42,807 nt of DNA, from NCBI RefSeq assembly GCF_001194135.2, contig NC_068991.1:292338-335144 (forward strand), written 5' to 3'. Made by a program: the position numbers and the translations under genes. The stretch is from Octopus bimaculoides. Taxonomy: Eukaryota. The notes under the pieces are model-generated. The model made no database searches. It saw only the letters and a list, made by a program, of their open reading frames with translations, and was not told where the DNA came from. Shown here in pieces: positions 40,990 to 42,807 of this stretch (within the stretch, counting starts at the first letter, position 1; every line of letters starts with the position of its first letter).

Positions 40990-42044
40990 CTTTTAATTAC
41001 AGCACACATCTTTTAATTACAGACAAAAGGAAGATTATTTAACATATGAGGTAGAGTTATAATGAAATAACCAATAATAACCAACGAATATTTGATACAT
41101 CACAAACATCATACGCAAAGCAGATATACCTGTCCTCTTTCGAATTTCGTTTGCTTGTTCCTAGATTCTTCCAAGTATCGTTGTCCAGTGTCTCCAAGTT
41201 TGCCAAAGATGTTCACAAATACATTGGCATCTGTTCCAGCTTCCGCTACATCACCTGTATACACCACTACTATGTAGTGAACAACTGAAATATAGAGATG
41301 ATGTTTGGAGAATGAGAAAGAGGTAGGGAGAAAGGTAGTATTGTTAATTCAGTCTGCCTTAGTGTATGACTGGTACCTTCTGCTGTAGAGTATGGATGCT
41401 TTATATATATATATATCCTCATCATCAATTAACGTTTGACTAAGATTTGAATCTATCAAACCCATCTTTGTTATCATTTTACATTTATTTGTTTTCTATG
41501 CTGGCATCAGTTTGGATGTCAGCCCCTTACCATTTGTTTCAGTTCTTTGTCATCATTTCAAACACACAATAACATTAGAAACCATCGGCTTTTGTTCCAA
41601 GCCACATCATGTGTTTTTTGGAATGTTTTCCATGGCCCAACTCCCAACCATCTTGCAGGATATTGCCCTCATAGATGGGAAGGGGAAGAACCATGCCTTG
41701 CTTATATTTGGCATAGTTTCTTTGTTGGATATCTTATATTTCATAACATAATAAGTTATAATTTTTATTTCTATTCAAATAGATACAATTTTATTATGAA
41801 ATGTTATTAGCAAACATTGTTATATGTAAGTTTTGATGGGAAGCTGATGATTATTAAAGGTTTAAGAGGGAAAAAAAAGAAATAAACAAAAGAGGGGGTA
41901 ATAACCTGATAAAGGGTTGTTACTTTCAGGTCCAGAGGCAGGTAACTCTTGCACAATTTGTCTCCTTCCTTCATCCCGTGTTGACCAACAGCAACTAGCC
42001 AGAAATTCATAATGTTTTGAGGTCTTACTATTTTCCATTTCAAC
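8706..42044 (-). CDS. LOXHD1: Lipoxygenase homology domain-containing protein 1 (multi-PLAT/LH2 repeat protein), 5'-partial, 23 exons in window
   Basis: Hand-spliced exons with GT-AG ends and matching phases give one open frame of 3531 nt. Repeated PLAT motifs: Y.v.v.TGD..gAGTDANV, kFER, iGHD.sG.g.gWfL, FPC..WLa.dedDGqi.REL. Collinearity with human LOXHD1 is from memory. Confidence 0.9.
9030..9470 (-). mobile_element. Highly decayed retroelement fragment, possibly Penelope-like endonuclease region
   Basis: Purine-rich + strand; minus translation ..[26 protein letters not shown] loosely resembles the region around a GIY-YIG domain; weak. Confidence 0.3.
9890..10505 (-). mobile_element. Second decayed mariner fragment, same family as 3615-4100; split by an 84-N gap at 10292-10375
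   Basis: ..GPETKQQSS.. (YDPETKQQS motif) and ..[22 protein letters not shown]; its end shares catt(a)tttcctttgaaatagtcacc with the first copy. Confidence 0.8.
10510..10830 (-). mobile_element. Possible Penelope-like RT remnant
   Basis: Minus-strand pieces TDLVLTT, VMDRKL and HVDD occur in the order expected for ELVLT / AMG / YIDD; very degenerate. Confidence 0.3.
11628..11816 (-). CDS. LOXHD1: LOXHD1 exon 22 (last PLAT, first half)
   Basis: atttcag|GA...G|gtgagt; 189 nt; [62 protein letters not shown]. Confidence 0.95.
12390..13200 (+). mobile_element. RTE-like LINE fragment (RT C-terminal half), antisense in a LOXHD1 intron
   Basis: gtaagaataggacggtgaaagtcaaggagttattacgtctgggtcacaaaaaggc resembles VRIGW.KFRELLPLLVTKG; downstream WYGHV-like region; many stops. 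Confidence 0.6.
13383..13501 (-). CDS. LOXHD1: LOXHD1 exon 21
   Basis: cccatcag|A...A|gtaagt; 119 nt; [39 protein letters not shown]. Confidence 0.85.
14844..15020 (-). CDS. LOXHD1: LOXHD1 exon 20
   Basis: (att)n ttcag|A...AT|gtacac (weak donor, phase fits); 177 nt; [58 protein letters not shown]. Confidence 0.8.
15026..15732 (-). mobile_element. Three head-to-tail tRNA-derived SINE copies separated by (ATT)n tails
   Basis: Units at about 15070-15305, 15322-15500 and 15511-15725; each has on the minus strand a gagctggcagaatcgttagcac head, a gagttcaaattc B-box-like motif and a ctttgcctttcatcc core. Confidence 0.85.
15926..16064 (-). CDS. LOXHD1: LOXHD1 exon 19 (divergent penultimate PLAT, start)
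   Basis: tcttccag|AT...AA|gtaaga; 139 nt; [45 protein letters not shown]. Confidence 0.88.
16140..16266 (+). mobile_element. SINE / RTE-tail repeat copy
   Basis: gttaggaagagtgtccagtcatagaaacc..ccaacccatgccagcatggaaa. Confidence 0.75.
16604..16723 (-). CDS. Candidate extra/cassette linker exon of LOXHD1 (not counted in the 23)
   Basis: Strong donor CAAG|gtatgt; weak acceptor ttttcattggag|; 120 nt, phase 1-1, open: [39 protein letters not shown]; no PLAT motif. Confidence 0.35.
17419..17954. mobile_element. Foldback/MITE-like element with about 185-bp imperfect inverted arms
   Basis: 17419-17612 is the reverse complement of 17772-17954, including a 30-bp exact block aatagcttaggagtgaaatttaggatttct; TA at both ends. 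Confidence 0.8.
18095..18269 (-). CDS. LOXHD1: LOXHD1 exon 18
   Basis: gctgtag|AGT...C|gtaagt; 175 nt; [58 protein letters not shown]. Confidence 0.9.
18350..18466 (-). CDS. LOXHD1: LOXHD1 exon 17
   Basis: ttataag|ATG...AAG|gtaaaa; 117 nt; [39 protein letters not shown]; followed by an 80-nt intron. Confidence 0.95.
19919..20097 (-). CDS. LOXHD1: LOXHD1 exon 16
   Basis: ctcatcag|AT...GAG|gtaagt; 179 nt; [59 protein letters not shown]. Confidence 0.95.
20290..20441 (+). mobile_element. tRNA-derived SINE head (second family)
   Basis: tggctatgtggttaag A-box-like, gggttcagtcc B-box-like, then caccttgggcaagtg; related copies at about 6185-6230 (+), 28965-29050 (+) and 37335-37485 (-). Confidence 0.75.
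20670..20850 (+). repeat. Unclassified interspersed repeat; other copies at about 25645-25775, 27990-28270 and 34555-34740
   Basis: Shared core cctgctagaaatagcagctaaatctc..aaatcacac..aatgtagtcctagatac..ctggaatgtctttgatca. Confidence 0.7.
20916..21097 (-). CDS. LOXHD1: LOXHD1 exon 15
   Basis: ctccacag|A...T|gtaagt; 182 nt; [60 protein letters not shown]. Confidence 0.95.
21764..21872 (-). CDS. LOXHD1: LOXHD1 exon 14
   Basis: tttccag|GA...AA|gtaagt; 109 nt; [36 protein letters not shown]. Confidence 0.95.
22618..22722 (-). CDS. LOXHD1: LOXHD1 exon 13
   Basis: gttacag|CT...G|gtaagc; 105 nt; [34 protein letters not shown]. Confidence 0.95.
22847..23276 (+). mobile_element. Candidate solo LTR (about 430 bp)
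   Basis: Starts tggttac and ends gcaaca (TG..CA); AATAAA about 65 nt before the 3' end; CpG-richer than flanks; flanks agaa/tgaa are only an imperfect TSD. Confidence 0.45.
23433..23584 (-). CDS. LOXHD1: LOXHD1 exon 12
   Basis: ttttgcag|A...G|gtttaa; 152 nt; [50 protein letters not shown]. Confidence 0.92.
23789..24630. other. Assembly gap (842 N) within LOXHD1 intron 11
   Basis: The flanking exons join in phase without needing sequence from the gap. Confidence 1.
24631..24858 (+). mobile_element. Well-preserved SINE / RTE-tail copy with (GAT)n tail
   Basis: gtgacacgtaaaagcaccc..ggcgttaggaagggcatccagctgtagaaac..catggaaagcggacgttaaacgatgatgatg. Confidence 0.85.
25270..25412 (+). mobile_element. 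SINE / RTE-tail copy
   Basis: ttaggaagggcatccaacac..ccatgccagcatagatgc..(gat)n; ends 40 nt from the exon 11 donor. Confidence 0.7.
25452..25582 (-). CDS. LOXHD1: LOXHD1 exon 11
   Basis: ttggcag|GAA...CA|gtaagt; 131 nt; [43 protein letters not shown]. Confidence 0.95.
25850..26260 (+). mobile_element. RTE LINE fragment (endonuclease-RT linker)
   Basis: [30 protein letters not shown] matches the RTE KHQDWFDEND..FY..LK.VYGP region. Confidence 0.75.
27069..27220 (-). CDS. LOXHD1: LOXHD1 exon 10
   Basis: tgtccag|AA...CAG|gtaagc; 152 nt; [50 protein letters not shown]. Confidence 0.95.
27569..27818 (-). CDS. LOXHD1: LOXHD1 exon 9 (PLAT second half with loop insertion)
   Basis: attaatag|ATT...G|gtttgt; 250 nt; [83 protein letters not shown]. 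Confidence 0.85.
28788..28874 (-). CDS. LOXHD1: LOXHD1 exon 8 (not in ORF track)
   Basis: poly-T tag|ATA...AAG|gtcagt; 87 nt; [29 protein letters not shown]. Confidence 0.92.
29876..30036 (-). CDS. LOXHD1: LOXHD1 exon 7
   Basis: tttacag|CT...AAG|gtaaga; 161 nt; [53 protein letters not shown]. Confidence 0.95.
31090..31222 (+). mobile_element. Decayed SINE / RTE-tail copy after a (TG)n/(TGCG)n tract
   Basis: agtggttggtatttagaagggcatccag..gtgccagcat..atgatgatg. Confidence 0.6.
31517..31584. repeat. Exact 34-bp tandem duplication
   Basis: tattactgtgtggtttgagagacaatctgttaat twice. Confidence 0.95.
31860..32052 (-). CDS. LOXHD1: LOXHD1 exon 6
   Basis: tttaacag|ATA...G|gtaaaa; 193 nt; [64 protein letters not shown]. 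Confidence 0.95.
33160..33345 (-). mobile_element. SINE / RTE-tail copy, sense to LOXHD1
   Basis: catcattcaatgtccgtgttccatactggc..ggatgcccttcctaacaccagccact. Confidence 0.75.
34039..34232 (-). CDS. LOXHD1: LOXHD1 exon 5
   Basis: ctgccag|CC...CAA|gtaagc; 194 nt; [64 protein letters not shown]. Confidence 0.95.
35090..35870 (-). mobile_element. Highly decayed LINE RT C-terminal fragment
   Basis: Higher-GC block with only weak similarity to the non-LTR post-RT region; many stops. Confidence 0.3.
36800..37183 (+). mobile_element. Near-complete tRNA-derived SINE (third family)
   Basis: A box TGGCCCAGTGG at 36810-36820, B box GGTTTCGATTCCC at 36853-36865, about 300-bp non-tRNA body, ends in (AT)n. 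Confidence 0.85.
38095..38900 (+). mobile_element. RTE LINE reverse-transcriptase fragment, decayed
   Basis: [37 protein letters not shown] and FGLTISMKK motifs in order, interrupted. Confidence 0.8.
39119..39192 (-). CDS. LOXHD1: LOXHD1 exon 4
   Basis: ttctatag|C...A|gtaagt; 74 nt; [24 protein letters not shown]. Confidence 0.93.
39460..39537. repeat. About 26-bp AT-rich tandem repeat, 3 copies
   Basis: tgatatttatttctgatattatta(c/t)a units. Confidence 0.85.
39707..39790 (+). mobile_element. Tigger/pogo-like transposon terminus
   Basis: TA + CAGTAACCCCTTGACTATCGCGGGTGTTACATTCCAAAAACCCC resembles Tigger-type ends; no partner end found. Confidence 0.5.
39978..40135 (-). CDS. LOXHD1: LOXHD1 exon 3
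   Basis: tttcag|GTG...AG|gtatgt; 158 nt; [52 protein letters not shown]. Confidence 0.95.
40530..40895 (+). mobile_element. Two adjacent SINE / RTE-tail copies
   Basis: 40530-40760 and 40785-40895 each end in ccaac(c/t)catgccagcat(g/a)gaaa. Confidence 0.7.
41130..41284 (-). CDS. LOXHD1: LOXHD1 exon 2
   Basis: tttcag|TT...CAG|gtatat; 155 nt; [51 protein letters not shown]. Confidence 0.95.
41906..42044 (-). CDS. LOXHD1: LOXHD1 exon 1 in window (end of a PLAT repeat)
   Basis: ttcctttag|GTT...TCAG|gttatt; 139 nt, phase 0 to 1; [46 protein letters not shown]. Confidence 0.75.
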
Positions 42045-42669
42045 CTAAAGGAAAACAAAAGTTTTGTATATACTATAAATGAATGTGTGTGTGTGTGTGT
42101 CAGTGTAATTATGTATAGATGTGTGCATGTAATTATGTGTGTGTGTGTGTGTGTGTGCGCACATGTGCATATAAGTCTGAATTTATAAACAAGAAAAGCA
42201 AGTACTTAATACCAATGGTGATGGTGGTGGAGGACATCATTATTTATTGTACGGCTGAGATTATTTGCTGTTGTTTCTCAGAGATTGTTTTCTGATTTTT
42301 CACTGAATTTGCAAGTAAAGACTGTTTTGGAAGAGGGAGAAGGCATAATAAATGTTACATAGTCTTCAAAGTGAGAACAGGGTGAAACTATTTGGCCGGG
42401 TAGTACAAGATACAATTGGCCGTAAACTAGTCCTTCAATATATTTAGGAAGAGGAAAGACAAAGGTTGCCCTCTAAAACACCAGTGATGTTGATTCGGAA
42501 CTCATGATCATATTTATGGAACAATGTGGGTAGGTGGTTAGTGATACAATGCCAAAGTTGTGTTCTGTAGTGAGTGCTGAGAAGAAAGTCTTAAGAATAA
42601 TAAACCAGGGCTGAAAACACAGCTGCTACATGTGGTAATAAAAACATTCTAGTATTTGCTGCGAAAAAA

Positions 42670-42807
42670 GGCTTGAAAGGAGAGAAGTAGCAATGGAGCA
42701 TGGATAATACTTTGGCTTGAAAGGAGAGAAGTAGCAATGGAGCATGGATAATACTTTGGCATGAAAGGAGAGAAGTAGCAATGGAGCATGGATAATACTT
42801 TGGCATA
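42670..42807. repeat. 44-bp minisatellite, at least 3 copies, runs off the window
   Basis: ggc(t/a)tgaaaggagagaagtagcaatggagcatggataatacttt at 42670, 42714 and 42758; a fourth starts at 42802. Confidence 0.95.

Noticed and set aside
41807-42058. ORF-track frame [10 protein letters not shown].., echoing KIKWKIVR* in the terminal exon
   Set aside because: That frame is phase-incompatible with exon 2 and lacks PLAT motifs; the short match is probably coincidence.
42670-42807. CRISPR-like array
   Set aside because: Units are contiguous with no unique spacers, and the context is eukaryotic.

Overview
AT-rich, repeat-dense animal genomic DNA with four N-gaps. The SINE/LINE/mariner content looks like an octopus (coleoid cephalopod) draft assembly; that is inference. 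The main feature is the 3' part of a minus-strand multi-PLAT (LH2) domain gene, best called a LOXHD1 ortholog. I traced 23 exons between 42044 and 8706 by hand. All have GT-AG boundaries and compatible phases, and they join into one 3531-nt frame (1176 aa plus stop) encoding the end of one PLAT repeat and eight complete repeats. The 5' part lies beyond the window. Compared with human LOXHD1 as I recall it (no alignment run), repeat order is collinear, but about four repeats seem absent between exons 18 and 19, in gap-free sequence. That intron holds a candidate in-frame cassette exon and a foldback element. Other points of interest: a perfect 158-bp-arm palindrome at 4530-4851, a SINE triplet whose (ATT)n tail abuts a splice acceptor, a canonical-looking antisense 81-nt intron, a candidate solo LTR, and decayed mariner, RTE, CR1/L2 and Penelope-like fragments. 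No CRISPR, rRNA or genuine tRNA gene was seen, and I found no convincing wholly new multi-gene system.
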